Part shown: piece by piece, positions 37,957 to 47,428 of the stretch | How the letters are laid out: every line of letters starts with the position of its first letter | Numbering within the stretch: the stretch's first letter is position 1 | From: an uncultured Alphaproteobacteria bacterium | GTDB lineage: Bacteria > Pseudomonadota > Alphaproteobacteria > RF32 > CAG-239 | Direction of reading: 5' to 3' | NCBI GenBank assembly: GCA_934270475.1 | Contig: CAKQPS010000005.1 | Coordinates: forward strand, 65,945-129,944 | DNA length: 64,000 nt | Made by a program: the position numbers and the translations under genes | Notes under the pieces: model-generated | Databases searched by the model: none | What the model was told of the DNA's origin: nothing | The model's input: the letters and a program-made list of their open reading frames with translations, nothing else

Positions 37957-38805
37957 ATGAATACGCAAAAACTTAAAACTGATATCCAATATCTGTTGCC
38001 AAAACGCTTTTTAACTAGGGTTATAGGCTTTTTTGCCGGCGCAAAACTCGGCGGGATAACCACTTTTATGATAAAGCAATTTATCAAGCATTACAACGTC
38101 AACACCAAAGAAATGTCAGGCAAAGTAGAAGACTACAAATCTTTTAACGCATTTTTTTCACGTCCGCTGGCAGACGGCGCCCGCGCGGTCTACCCGGATT
38201 CAAATATCTTAACCTATCCGGTTGACGGCAAAATCAGCCACTTCGGTAAAATAGAAGATAAATTTTTATTTCAAGCCAAAAACCACTATTACACAGCCGA
38301 AGCCCTGCTTGCAGATGCTAAAGAAGCGCAAACATTCAAAAACGGAGAATTTATTACCATTTATCTGTCGCCTCGAGACTATCACCGCGTTCACATTCCG
38401 TTTGAAGGCGTCTTAGACAAGATGATTTATGTTCCTGGGGATTTATTTTCCGTAAGCCCGCTTAATGCCAAGTACATACCGGAACTTTTTGCCCGCAATG
38501 AACGTGTTGTCTGCTATTTCAACACCTCTATCGGACGTATGGCAGTTGTGTTTGTCGGCGCCGCCATTGTCCGCAGCATTTCCACGGCTTGGGCAGGAAC
38601 CGTAGCTCCAAATAAAAGCAAAGAAGTTACAACCTATGAATACGGCGACCGTGAATTGACTTTTCCTAAAGGTACTGAAATCGGCAAATTCTTTATGGGA
38701 AGCACTGTCATCTGCTTATTTGAAAAAGATAAAATCAGCTTTTCCGAAGATATGCAGGACGGTCAGCCAACCCGCATGGGTTTGCCAATGGCAAAGATAA
38801 AATAA
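37957..38805 (+). CDS. psd: phosphatidylserine decarboxylase proenzyme
   Basis: Conserved YPVDGKISHFG and YHRVHIPFEG regions; C-terminal FFMGSTV processing site (GST). Confidence 0.85.
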   Translation: MNTQKLKTDIQYLLPKRFLTRVIGFFAGAKLGGITTFMIKQFIKHYNVNTKEMSGKVEDYKSFNAFFSRPLADGARAVYPDSNILTYPVDGKISHFGKIEDKFLFQAKNHYYTAEALLADAKEAQTFKNGEFITIYLSPRDYHRVHIPFEGVLDKMIYVPGDLFSVSPLNAKYIPELFARNERVVCYFNTSIGRMAVVFVGAAIVRSISTAWAGTVAPNKSKEVTTYEYGDRELTFPKGTEIGKFFMGSTVICLFEKDKISFSEDMQDGQPTRMGLPMAKIK

Positions 38806-38913
38806 GTCATATTTTCAAACTTACAAAAGCTCTCGTCAGAGAGCTTTTATTTTGCCTCAAAAAAAGTCCGCGGTTTTAAAATAAACTGCGGACTTTTCTA
38901 ATTCATAAAAAAT

Positions 38914-39324
38914 CTAATCAAAATGATTCAAGTCTATCGGTTTTTCTTCAGTTTTCTCAACTTTTTTCTCATCAGTTGTTTCTTGCGCAGACAGCTCATC
39001 CGCAGCTTGAGCATTTTCTTTTGCAGCAGATTCTTTATTTTCTTCTTTATTGATATAGCTGCTCATAAACTGCAAAGCTTCTTCTGTTTCTTCCGGTGTA
39101 TTTTCTTCTGCTTCTTTTTCAGCTTGCGGAGCGTTTTTGCGATTATCTATATCTGTCTTAACTTTTTCAATTTTATCTTTCATTGTTTTTGAACCAGCTT
39201 TTGCCGCATCTACGCTGTCTTTAAACTTTTCTTCCAGCATCTGACGCAAAGCCGGCAGTTTTTCAGCATTAAAAATAGCCAAAACACCGACAATTATTAA
39301 AAACCAACCAAAGAAACCATCCAT
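38914..39324 (-). CDS. tatA: Sec-independent (Tat) translocase component TatA/TatB-like with acidic tail
   Basis: N-terminus MDGFFGWFLIIVGVLAIFNAEKLPALRQMLEEKFKD fits the TatA/B TM plus amphipathic helix with the conserved FG and KLP positions. Confidence 0.6.
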   Translation of the reverse strand: MDGFFGWFLIIVGVLAIFNAEKLPALRQMLEEKFKDSVDAAKAGSKTMKDKIEKVKTDIDNRKNAPQAEKEAEENTPEETEEALQFMSSYINKEENKESAAKENAQAADELSAQETTDEKKVEKTEEKPIDLNHFD

Positions 39325-39340
39325 AATTTTTCTCCTTAAT

Positions 39341-40396
39341 TTATTTGCGAATGCGGCTTAAAACTTCTGTCGCATCATAATCTGAATTGTACGATATAAT
39401 ATTTTTCAGCGCTGCACAATATTTATTTTTAGACTGTACATAGCTTTGTCTTTTAAGCGGTCGGGCAATAATTTGCTGAATTACCGCCAGCCGTTCAGCC
39501 GCTTCATCACTCAAAACCGCCCCGCTTGCCGCCAATTCGGCATTAGCCGAAAAGCCTGCGTTTCCCAAACACACGGCATCGCAGCCAGCAGCAAGCGTTC
39601 TTTGCGTTCTCTCGCTTATAGAACCTTTAAGCGCCTGCATCACCACGGCGTCAGAAACTAAAAAACCATCAAAGCCGATATGTTTGCGGATAACATCTTT
39701 AATTACTTTTGCCGATTCGCTTGCTGGATAAACTTTATCTACGGCGGTCAGTAAAATATGCGCAACCATTCCCATAGGCGCTTTATTCAGCTGCTTAAAC
39801 GGATAAAAATCTTGCTTCAACGCTTCTAAATTTTCATCAATTACCGGCAGTTCCAAGTGCGGGTCGCTTTGCGCCCGTCCATGCCCTGGCAGATGTTTAA
39901 CACATGGGCAAACGCCGTTTGCCGCAAATTCAGCAACCATTGCCCTACCCAATTTTGCTATTTGCTTTTCGTCTCCGGCAAAACAACGACCTTTCAGCAC
40001 AGCCGATGTAAAATTATAATAAACATCTAAAACCGGCGCAAAATTAACATTAACTCCGCAGTTTTTCAAATCGTGAGAAATTAAAAAGGCGTGTTCTTGA
40101 GCCAATTCTTCCGTCGTCAGACGTTCCTGCTCGCTCACTGGCGTAAATTCAGGCTCCACCAAGCGCCGCACCCTGCCGCCTTCTTGGTCGACAGCTATCA
40201 AAACATCTTCACGCCCGATTGTTTCTTTAATCTCTTTACATAGCCGCTGCAGCTGTTTTTTGCTCTGCACATTATTGCAGCCTTTGGCAAACAAGCACAC
40301 TCCCAGCGGATTGCTGCGTTCAAACAGACGTTTTTCCTCGTCGCTTAAATAAAATCCTTGAACAGATAAAAATGCTGGAAGTATATTTTTACTCAT
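39341..40396 (-). CDS. nagZ: beta-N-acetylhexosaminidase (GH3 N-terminal domain)
   Basis: GH3 motifs VDQEGGRVRR, KHLPGHGRAQSDPHLELP and GFDGFLVSDA. Confidence 0.8.
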   Translation of the reverse strand: MSKNILPAFLSVQGFYLSDEEKRLFERSNPLGVCLFAKGCNNVQSKKQLQRLCKEIKETIGREDVLIAVDQEGGRVRRLVEPEFTPVSEQERLTTEELAQEHAFLISHDLKNCGVNVNFAPVLDVYYNFTSAVLKGRCFAGDEKQIAKLGRAMVAEFAANGVCPCVKHLPGHGRAQSDPHLELPVIDENLEALKQDFYPFKQLNKAPMGMVAHILLTAVDKVYPASESAKVIKDVIRKHIGFDGFLVSDAVVMQALKGSISERTQRTLAAGCDAVCLGNAGFSANAELAASGAVLSDEAAERLAVIQQIIARPLKRQSYVQSKNKYCAALKNIISYNSDYDATEVLSRIRK

Positions 40397-40402
40397 TGTC
40401 TA

Positions 40403-41284
40403 TTATTTTTCCTTAGCTATGCAGTCGCGCAAACCTTTAGACTTTAGCTCAACGCAAGCTTGCGATGCCGCCGCTTTATCGGCAAATGAACCGGCGCGCA
40501 AACGATAAAACATACCTTGAGCACCCAAATCAGATGTTTGAATTTCATGCGGCATTTTTTTCAAATCTGCATACTTAGCCGACAAATCAGCCCACAATTT
40601 TTCAACAGCGGCTTTATTTTTAGACGCTATAAACTGAATTTGCCACCCGCCTGCGGCTGCTGCAGCCGACGCATCTTTTTCCGCCGGTTTAACTTCCACT
40701 TTTGCCGGAGTTTCAGCTTTTTCGGCTGTATCAGGCTTTGCATTGTCAGCTAACAAATCAGCAGGCTTTGCCGGAACATTGCCGCCGGTACTTTCCATAG
40801 TTTCAGGCTTTACTGCTTTAGTGCTGTCCGCCGAAACTTCATCAACAATCTGATCCAAATTTGCGGCATTAGCGTCAACATCAACAACTTCAGGCACTAT
40901 ATCCGGCAATTTCGGAGTTTCCGGTTTTGGCAGCAAATTTTCCACTACCGTAGTATCAACTTCTTTCTTTTCTACAATATTGTAAACAGTTTTATCCTGA
41001 TTCGGAATATCCATTCCCCCCGGATTTTCCGGTTTAATTTTAACAGCGGTCTGCGGACGGCGGATAATTGGAATTTCCTTTTCCGTTTCGGCATATTGCG
41101 GAGCCAAAACCAGCCAGCCGACCACACCTGCCAACGCCACGCCGGCAAACGTTCCTAAAAAATTATTGCGGGAACGCGCCAATTCAGTGCGGCGTTCTTC
41201 TAAGGTGGCAATTTTTTGATTAGCCACTTTCTGTTTAAAATCGTTCAAATAATCGTCATCTTTATTTAATAAACCGGGATACAT
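40403..41284 (-). CDS. SPOR domain-containing cell-division protein (DedD/FtsN-like)
   Basis: N-terminal TM, P/E/K/A-rich linker and C-terminal SPOR domain (GGWQIQFIASKNKAAVEKLW...FYRLRAGSFADKAAASQACVELK). Confidence 0.7.
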   Translation of the reverse strand: MYPGLLNKDDDYLNDFKQKVANQKIATLEERRTELARSRNNFLGTFAGVALAGVVGWLVLAPQYAETEKEIPIIRRPQTAVKIKPENPGGMDIPNQDKTVYNIVEKKEVDTTVVENLLPKPETPKLPDIVPEVVDVDANAANLDQIVDEVSADSTKAVKPETMESTGGNVPAKPADLLADNAKPDTAEKAETPAKVEVKPAEKDASAAAAAGGWQIQFIASKNKAAVEKLWADLSAKYADLKKMPHEIQTSDLGAQGMFYRLRAGSFADKAAASQACVELKSKGLRDCIAKEK

Positions 41285-41401
41285 AGATAAACCTCATTCA
41301 AAATTTTCTTTATTTTACGTGCTAATGTTTTAAAATCACTTAACATAACAAAAATTTTCTTTTATTTCCCAAAAAAGATACTATAGTCAGAAAAAAAGGA
41401 T

Positions 41402-42202
41402 ATGCTAATGAAAATTGCCACGTTAAACATCAATTCCATAAACGCCAGACTGCCGAATTTACTGCAATGGCTGCAGCAAAATCAGCCCGACGTTTTACTG
41501 CTGCAGGAAATAAAAACAGAATTTAACAATTTTCCGTTTTTTGATTTGCAGGTTTCAGGCTATGACGCCAAAATTTTAGGACAAAAAAGCTATAACGGCG
41601 TTGCTGTTTTAAGCAAACAAAAAATGACTGTCACTGCCGAAAATCTGCCTAATTTTCCTGATGAAAACGCCCGCTATTTGGAAATTGAGCTCACTAAAAA
41701 CGGTCAGAATTATGTGATTGCTTCACTGTATCTGCCCAATGGCAATCCACCGTATAACAATGAAAAAGACACTTCCCGCTTTGAATATAAGCTTAAATGG
41801 ATGGACGCCTTTTTAAGCCATGCCGAAGAATTGCTGTTGCAGCATAAAAATGTCATTTTAGCCGGAGATTTTAATGTAATATTGACCAAGAATGATGTTT
41901 TCAATCCCGAGCTTTTTACCAGCAATGCCTTATACCGCCCCGAAGTTTGGCAGCGTCTGCGCAAACTGGAATTTATCGGCTATTCCGATGCCTACCGTTT
42001 ATTATATCCAACCCAAACCGGCTACACTTTTTGGGACTATACCAACGCCTCGTTTGCCAATGATTTAGGCATGCGCATTGACTATATATTCTGTTCTCCG
42101 GCGCTTGCCGACAATTTGCAGGCTTGCCACATAGATAAAGATTTCAGAGCTTTGGATAAAGCCTCGGATCATACAATTCTGCTGGCTGAATTTAAGGAAT
42201 AG
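41402..42202 (+). CDS. xthA: exodeoxyribonuclease III
   Basis: KIATLNINSINARL, LLLQE, AGDFN and a DH pair in SDHTILLAEF match the Xth/APE1 EEP family. Confidence 0.85.
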   Translation: MLMKIATLNINSINARLPNLLQWLQQNQPDVLLLQEIKTEFNNFPFFDLQVSGYDAKILGQKSYNGVAVLSKQKMTVTAENLPNFPDENARYLEIELTKNGQNYVIASLYLPNGNPPYNNEKDTSRFEYKLKWMDAFLSHAEELLLQHKNVILAGDFNVILTKNDVFNPELFTSNALYRPEVWQRLRKLEFIGYSDAYRLLYPTQTGYTFWDYTNASFANDLGMRIDYIFCSPALADNLQACHIDKDFRALDKASDHTILLAEFKE

Positions 42203-42205
42203 AAA

Positions 42206-43267
42206 ATGAAAAAAATTATATTTTCCGCCGTTTTGTTCATGACATTTCCAGCCTTTGCCTCTGTTGATGAAAATTTGCTAAATGAAATGCTGACTATGGT
42301 CAACCAAGACTATTTACAGCCCGTCAGCAACGCCAAACTTGCCGCCGACGGTTTGCAGGCAATTACTGATTTAGATTCTGATGTGGTCATTTCCAAAGGC
42401 AGCGACAAATTTTACCTTTATTACAAAAAGCAAATCAAAAAAATCATTCCGCAACCAAAAGATTCCGCCGACATTGCCGCATGGAGCAAAACCATGACGC
42501 AAATTGCCGATGAAACCTCGAAATGGTCGGAAAAAGTCGCCTTAAAAGATTTTGAATTGCCTGATTTAATGATGAAAAAAATCACCGGCAAACTGGATAA
42601 ATTTTCGCATTACTATTCAGAATACGATTACAGCGACGACGCGGAAGAAAATTCTATTTACACCCTATACAGCGACCGCAAAATTGATGATGTTTTATAT
42701 TTGCGCATACGAATTTTTAACAAGCAGACGGCTAAAGCCGTGCAGGGTTCGCTTGAACGCAACAAGCCCTACAGCGCCGTAATTTTAGATTTGCGCGGCA
42801 ACAGCGGAGGAATTTTAAATGAAGCACTGAAAGTTGCAGACTTTTTTACCGATAATGAAATTATAACCTACACTTCCGGTCGAGACGATTCCAATATTCA
42901 TTACTACACTTCTAAAGAAGGACGCTTATATAGTGGTCCGCTGGCAATATTGGTTGACGGCGAAACCGCTTCAGCGGCAGAAGTTTTGGCGGCAGGTCTG
43001 CAAGATCAATCCCGCGCCCAAATCATAGGCACCAAAACTTTCGGCAAAGGAACAATTCAAAATGTCATACAAATGAGCAACGGCGGAAAACTTGTTTTAA
43101 CGACAGAGCAGTTTTTTACCCCGTCCGGCAAAATAATTCATCAAAACGGTGTAACTCCGGATTTGTGTGTTGTTCCGGCTGCAGACAATTCTTGCCCGCA
43201 AGAAAGCCGACTTTGGGAAGAAAACGACATTTCAACTGCAATTAAATTGCTGAAAAATGAAATGTAA
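42206..43267 (+). CDS. S41 family peptidase (C-terminal processing protease-like), secreted
   Basis: Signal peptide; ILDLRGNSGG...ILVDGETASAAEVLAAGLQD...GTKTFGKGTIQ carries the S41 catalytic Ser/Lys regions. Confidence 0.75.
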   Translation: MKKIIFSAVLFMTFPAFASVDENLLNEMLTMVNQDYLQPVSNAKLAADGLQAITDLDSDVVISKGSDKFYLYYKKQIKKIIPQPKDSADIAAWSKTMTQIADETSKWSEKVALKDFELPDLMMKKITGKLDKFSHYYSEYDYSDDAEENSIYTLYSDRKIDDVLYLRIRIFNKQTAKAVQGSLERNKPYSAVILDLRGNSGGILNEALKVADFFTDNEIITYTSGRDDSNIHYYTSKEGRLYSGPLAILVDGETASAAEVLAAGLQDQSRAQIIGTKTFGKGTIQNVIQMSNGGKLVLTTEQFFTPSGKIIHQNGVTPDLCVVPAADNSCPQESRLWEENDISTAIKLLKNEM

Positions 43268-43352
43268 GCAAAAAAACAGTTGACAACCTCGTTAAAAAAT
43301 GTATACTTCGCCTAAATGTTTTAATTGATAACTTTGTAAAAGAGTAAGAAAA

Positions 43353-43520
43353 ATGGCTAAAGCAGTAAAAATTAAAATTAAATTGGAAAGCAGTGCCGGT
43401 ACCGGTTCTTTCTATTTGGCAGAAAAAAATCCAAGAACTCATCCTGAAAAATTGGTTTTGAAGAAATTTGATAAAAAATCTAAAAAACATGAAGAGTTCG
43501 TAGAAAAGAAATTAAAGTAA
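43353..43520 (+). CDS. rpmG: 50S ribosomal protein L33
   Basis: 55-aa ORF not in the track: [40 protein letters not shown]... closely parallels E. coli L33 ([40 protein letters not shown]). Cys-less variant. Confidence 0.8.
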   Translation: MAKAVKIKIKLESSAGTGSFYLAEKNPRTHPEKLVLKKFDKKSKKHEEFVEKKLK

Positions 43521-43542
43521 TTTCTGCAAAGAATTTGAAAGA

Positions 43543-43575
43543 AGAGGTGCTGGTAAATTCAGACCTCTTTTTTTA
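43543..43575. terminator. bidirectional terminator between rpmG and the recombinase gene
   Basis: AGAGGTGCTG-GTAAATT-CAGACCTCT followed by T7. Confidence 0.5.
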
Positions 43576-43576
43576 T

Positions 43577-44512
43577 TTACTCTTTTTCAAGCGGATGCGC
43601 TTTGTGGTATTCTCTTTGCAAAGTCTCGGTTTGAACATCTGTGTAGCGCTGGGTAGTGCTTAGGGACGCATGACCTAACAATTCTTGAATTGAACGCAAA
43701 TCCGTTCCCTCCGCCAACAGTTGCGTTGCAAACGAATGCCGCAGGGCATGCGGGGTTACCGTATCTGGCAAACCTAAAACCGAACGCAGTTTCTGTAATT
43801 GGCGTTGAATTATACGCGGACTGATTCGCTCACCTCGTGCCCCCAAAAACAATGGTTCTCCTACATTGAGTTTATACGGGCATTCTGCAAGGTAAGCGGC
43901 GATATGCTGCCAAACAATTGGAAGAAGGGGCACCAAACGTTCTTTATTCCCCTTACCTTTAATGCGAAGGAACTCGCTTTTTGCAGTTATCTCGCCAACA
44001 TTAACTGAAAGGGCTTCAGATATACGCAAGCCGCAACCGTACAACAAGGTTAAAATTGCTTTATCTCGAAGCCCCTGCCACGCTTCCGTCTCTAGTCCTT
44101 CAATACCGCTAAGCAAACTAAAAGAATCTGTCACATCAAGGGCTTTGGGTAAAACCTTAGATTTTTTGGGTGATGAAATAACGCTGATTGCCGGATTTTT
44201 TATAATCTTTTTACGTTCCAGCCATTTGAAAAAATTTTTAACCGCCGAAAGTTCGCGGCACATAGAAGATTTGCTTAAACTACGGGCAGCCTGTTTGCTT
44301 AAAAATTTTCTAAAATCATGCACATCAAGCTCTTTTAGCTCTTGCAGGCTTAACGGCGTTTTCTTAACTTCAGCTAAAAAAAAAGACAAATCACGTGAAT
44401 AACCGTCCAGCGTATGTTCAGAATACAGCCGTTCTTTCAAAAGCCAATCCTGCCACTTTTCAATAAGCGGCAACAATGTGCCGTCTGCATTAAATTGAAT
44501 TTCAGCTCTCAC
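43577..44512 (-). CDS. xerD: tyrosine recombinase XerC/XerD family
   Basis: N-terminal SAM-like domain; C-terminal catalytic R..HALRHSFATQLLAEGTDLRSIQELLGHASLSTTQRYT with active-site Tyr. Confidence 0.8.
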   Translation of the reverse strand: MRAEIQFNADGTLLPLIEKWQDWLLKERLYSEHTLDGYSRDLSFFLAEVKKTPLSLQELKELDVHDFRKFLSKQAARSLSKSSMCRELSAVKNFFKWLERKKIIKNPAISVISSPKKSKVLPKALDVTDSFSLLSGIEGLETEAWQGLRDKAILTLLYGCGLRISEALSVNVGEITAKSEFLRIKGKGNKERLVPLLPIVWQHIAAYLAECPYKLNVGEPLFLGARGERISPRIIQRQLQKLRSVLGLPDTVTPHALRHSFATQLLAEGTDLRSIQELLGHASLSTTQRYTDVQTETLQREYHKAHPLEKE

Positions 44513-44515
44513 GTT

Positions 44516-45028
44516 TTATTTTATAACCTCGTTTTTATATAGCCCAAACAGCCCGTCACGCGGCATCCAGCCTTTAATAGTATCAAATTTTATCAGACAC
44601 ATACCATCAGGAGTCGGACATTTTTCTATTTCTCCAACCACTCCGTCTTCAGCTTTTGCCACAACTTTGGAGTCAAGTTCCGGTTTGGCGTAAATATTAT
44701 TTTCCCCTGGGTTTATAACTTTAACAAAGCGCCGTCCCGAAAGCATTGCTTTGTGCACCCACGTTTCAGCGCCTTCCCAATCGCGAATTTTTCTCCATAT
44801 TTCAAATTCAGCAATAATCTCCACTGGCGCGCCTTTTTGTTTATATACCCACACAATAGGATATCTGCTCCCCGGTCCTGAACGCACATTTATCAAACTG
44901 GAGCGAAGTGAAACCATACGAGGCAAAGCCAATCCGCTTTCGCTTTCATTTTCTTCCGCCGCCTGCGCCGGTTTCATAAACACACAAACCAGGACAAGCG
45001 CCATAAATGTTGTCAACAATGCTTTCAT
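44516..45028 (-). CDS. SH3b domain-containing secreted protein
   Basis: Signal peptide; INVRSGPGSRYPIVWV motif of bacterial SH3_3 domains. Confidence 0.55.
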   Translation of the reverse strand: MKALLTTFMALVLVCVFMKPAQAAEENESESGLALPRMVSLRSSLINVRSGPGSRYPIVWVYKQKGAPVEIIAEFEIWRKIRDWEGAETWVHKAMLSGRRFVKVINPGENNIYAKPELDSKVVAKAEDGVVGEIEKCPTPDGMCLIKFDTIKGWMPRDGLFGLYKNEVIK

Positions 45029-45112
45029 TTTTCTTCCCTTTAATAAAATTTAAATCAATGATAAATGTATATAATAAAAAAAAGGTAAACATTAAAAAAG
45101 AAAGGGTAAAAA

Positions 45113-46225
45113 ATGGATTTAATAAACACCGTAAAAGATTTAATTCGCTTTCGCACCGAAACCGGTAACGAAGCAGAAATAAAAAAAGCCGCCGACTACA
45201 TTATAAAAAAATTTGCCGGCACCGACGTTATTGCGGAAATTTTCCAAACCACGGCTTCTCCGGTTGTTTTTTTACGCAACACCGACAGTTTGAATTTTGA
45301 TGTTTTGGTTTTGGGACACATCGACGTTGTTCCGGCTGAAGATTCTATGTTTGAACCAGTTGAAAAAAACGGCAGAATGTATGGCAGAGGAACTTTGGAT
45401 ATGAAATCGTTTGCCGCCGTTGCGCTAAATTCTATGATGTATGTTGCCGAGCATAAGCTACCGCTTAAATTCGGAGTTATTCTTTCTACCGACGAAGAAA
45501 AAGGCAGCAAGTCAACCGCATCTTTTTTGGACGCCTATCCAAACTTAACTGCTAAAATAGTACTTGATAACGATGTTGGTGGAGATATTACCAAAATTGT
45601 CAGCAAATGCAAAAATCCGGTGTTTGTAAAGCTGCTCGCCAATGGCAAAGAAGCACATGGCTCTACCCCGTGGGAAGGCATTGACGCCAACGAACTGCTT
45701 ATTCAAAGCTGGAACAATCTGCGCAAAATCTATCCGTATTATGCCAAAAACCTGCCGCAGCCGCAAAACACTTGGTTTGATACCGTTCATATGGCTTTAA
45801 TAAACGGCGGACAGGTTTCTAACGTGCTGTCTAATTATGCCGAAGCCCTGTTGGATTTCCGCTTAACTGAAAATTCCACTCTTGAGCATTTAGAAGAAAA
45901 TTTACAAAAATGTTTGGTTGAAGGCGTAACCTATAAAATTGTTTCGTCGTCAACACCAGTGGTTATGGACGAAAGCAATCCTTATATTTTGGAATATAAA
46001 AACTTTGCCGAAAACATTTTAGGACGCCCGATAGAATTTGAGCACATCGGCGGCGCTACGGATTCGCGCGCATTTGCCGAAAAAGGCTCAATAGTCATTA
46101 TGCACTCCGGCACTGGCGAAGGTATGCATGCTTCCGGCGAATATGTAGAAGTTGAAAGCGTCAAACAAATCACTGATATCCAAATAAAGTTTTTAGAAAA
46201 ACTCGCTAAAGACAATATGAACTAA
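45113..46225 (+). CDS. M20 family metallopeptidase (ArgE/DapE-like)
   Basis: LGHIDVVP, TDEEKGS and other metal-binding motifs; the dimerisation domain region is present. Confidence 0.65.
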   Translation: MDLINTVKDLIRFRTETGNEAEIKKAADYIIKKFAGTDVIAEIFQTTASPVVFLRNTDSLNFDVLVLGHIDVVPAEDSMFEPVEKNGRMYGRGTLDMKSFAAVALNSMMYVAEHKLPLKFGVILSTDEEKGSKSTASFLDAYPNLTAKIVLDNDVGGDITKIVSKCKNPVFVKLLANGKEAHGSTPWEGIDANELLIQSWNNLRKIYPYYAKNLPQPQNTWFDTVHMALINGGQVSNVLSNYAEALLDFRLTENSTLEHLEENLQKCLVEGVTYKIVSSSTPVVMDESNPYILEYKNFAENILGRPIEFEHIGGATDSRAFAEKGSIVIMHSGTGEGMHASGEYVEVESVKQITDIQIKFLEKLAKDNMN

Positions 46226-46232
46226 AGCATCA

Positions 46233-46271
46233 CCGCTGACCGGCTGAGTATTTTGTTTGGTCGGTCAGCGG
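46233..46271. terminator. bidirectional terminator hairpin between the M20 gene and pilin-like gene 3
   Basis: Perfect 10-bp stem CCGCTGACCG ... CGGTCAGCGG, overlapping the stop of the minus-strand gene. Confidence 0.5.
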
Positions 46272-47032
46272 AAAAACAGCCCCATGCAAACCGCCCCGTT
46301 TTCTTTATAACCGTTATAGCAATATTTATTAGCAATATCATATGTAATTAAATTTTTACCGCCTACCGCACAAGCAAAATACGCATTACTGCCTTCGTAA
46401 AATTTGCAGCCGGTACCGTCCTGTTTGATGCCAGTAGCGCCGTTTATAAAGTTATATGCTAAATTTATTGATACGCCATATAACCCATTGTTTGATTTTG
46501 CGCCCCAATCTTGAGTAGTCAGTTTTACACATTCTCGCTCGCTTAAACCGCAAATGCGCAAACCGAATAACAAGCCGTCCTTGGAAGAGTAAGGATAAAC
46601 TGACGTATTTTTTCCAATTGGCAAAGCATAGCTGTTATTAGGATACACTCCTGCCTGCAATGCTATCCACACTCCTAATCCGATATATGTTTTTTGATTA
46701 GCGTAAAGAGTCTGAATATTTGTAACAACCTGCGTCAGATAATCTACGCTTTTAATTATTTTATATTGCTCCATGGCTTTGGAATATCCGGCAATTCCGC
46801 CGACAGATAACACCACGATAATCGCCAGCACCCCCAGCATTTCTATCATCGACCGACCAACACAATTGTCATCATTGGCTTTGAGCGCTAGCTCATTCGT
46901 CGAGTATCCAGCATGGTACATCTGCTTCAAAAACTTGCAACAAACGCCGCTCCAACGTCTCCAGTACCCGTCATTATCGAGCTTATCCCGATAATCTTGT
47001 GTAAACATACTCCTTTTGAATAATAATGCCAT
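46265..47032 (-). CDS. type IV prepilin-like Cys-rich secreted protein, paralog 3 (start reassigned to ATG 47032; 59-aa leader)
   Basis: ...NDDNCVG|RSMIEMLGVLAIIVVLSVGGIAGYSKAMEQYKII core. Leader MALLFKRSMFTQDYRDKLDNDG... is homologous to the paralog 2 leader. The track ORF runs upstream across tRNA-Thr and cannot be real there. Confidence 0.65.
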   Translation of the reverse strand: MALLFKRSMFTQDYRDKLDNDGYWRRWSGVCCKFLKQMYHAGYSTNELALKANDDNCVGRSMIEMLGVLAIIVVLSVGGIAGYSKAMEQYKIIKSVDYLTQVVTNIQTLYANQKTYIGLGVWIALQAGVYPNNSYALPIGKNTSVYPYSSKDGLLFGLRICGLSERECVKLTTQDWGAKSNNGLYGVSINLAYNFINGATGIKQDGTGCKFYEGSNAYFACAVGGKNLITYDIANKYCYNGYKENGAVCMGLFFR

Positions 47033-47064
47033 AACCTTACCTTTCAACCCCTTGTTCCTCCTTG

Positions 47065-47099
47065 AGTGTGTAAAAAAAACGGTCGTTTTTTTACACACT
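47065..47099. promoter_or_regulatory. perfect palindrome AGTGTGTAAAAAAA-CGGTCG-TTTTTTTACACACT immediately upstream of the RBS (CAAGGAGG) of pilin-like gene 3
   Basis: 14-bp arms; on the minus strand it forms a hairpin followed by a U-tract. It could be an attenuator/terminator or an operator. Confidence 0.45.
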
Positions 47100-47209
47100 T
47101 TTGCCCAAAACAAAGATTTCAAAATTTCTGAATATAACAAATTTATGAACAAGTTAAAAATGGCAGCAGACAACAAATCTGAATAAAAAAATTTGTAGTA
47201 TTTTTGTAG

Positions 47210-47252
47210 TATTTTGAAAAATATAAAAGGGCTATGAATTAACATAACCCTT
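47210..47252 (-). terminator. intrinsic terminator of tRNA-Thr
   Basis: 9-bp stem (one mismatch) AAGGGCTAT/ATAACCCTT, 10 nt after the tRNA 3' end, followed (minus strand) by TTTTATATTTTT. Confidence 0.45.
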
Positions 47253-47262
47253 TGATTTATAA

Positions 47263-47338
47263 TGGTGCCGACAGAGAGACTTGAACTCCCGACCCACTGA
47301 TTACAAATCAGTAGCTCTACCAACTGAGCTATGTCGGC
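47263..47338 (-). tRNA. tRNA-Thr (anticodon UGU)
   Basis: Manual fold: acceptor GCCGACA/TGTCGGC, D-arm GCTC..GAGC, anticodon stem ACTGA/TCAGT with loop TTTGTAA (U33, UGU, A37), T-arm GGGAG-TTCAAGT-CTCTC, discriminator A, encoded CCA. Confidence 0.85.
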
Positions 47339-47354
47339 AACACAACTGAAAGAA

Positions 47355-47383
47355 CTTATACACTAGCGTTTTTTTATTGTCAA
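47355..47383 (-). promoter_or_regulatory. sigma70 promoter TTGACA-17-TATAAG for tRNA-Thr
   Basis: Minus-strand TTGACA (47383-47378) and TATAAG (47360-47355), ~10 nt upstream of the tRNA 5' end. Confidence 0.6.
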
Positions 47384-47428
47384 CCAATTTTTGAATATTT
47401 TTGCATAAAAAATCTCTATCGGCAGGTT

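Noticed and set aside
43577-44512. Tyrosine recombinase as integrase of a mobile element
   Set aside because: XerC/D-type sequence embedded between rpmG/S41 peptidase and housekeeping genes; no phage or plasmid genes, direct repeats or tRNA target nearby.
46265-47323. Track ORF of 352 aa extending the pilin-like gene 3 upstream to 47323
   Set aside because: The extension runs straight through tRNA-Thr (47263-47338) and its terminator. The real start is downstream, at ATG 47032 or later.
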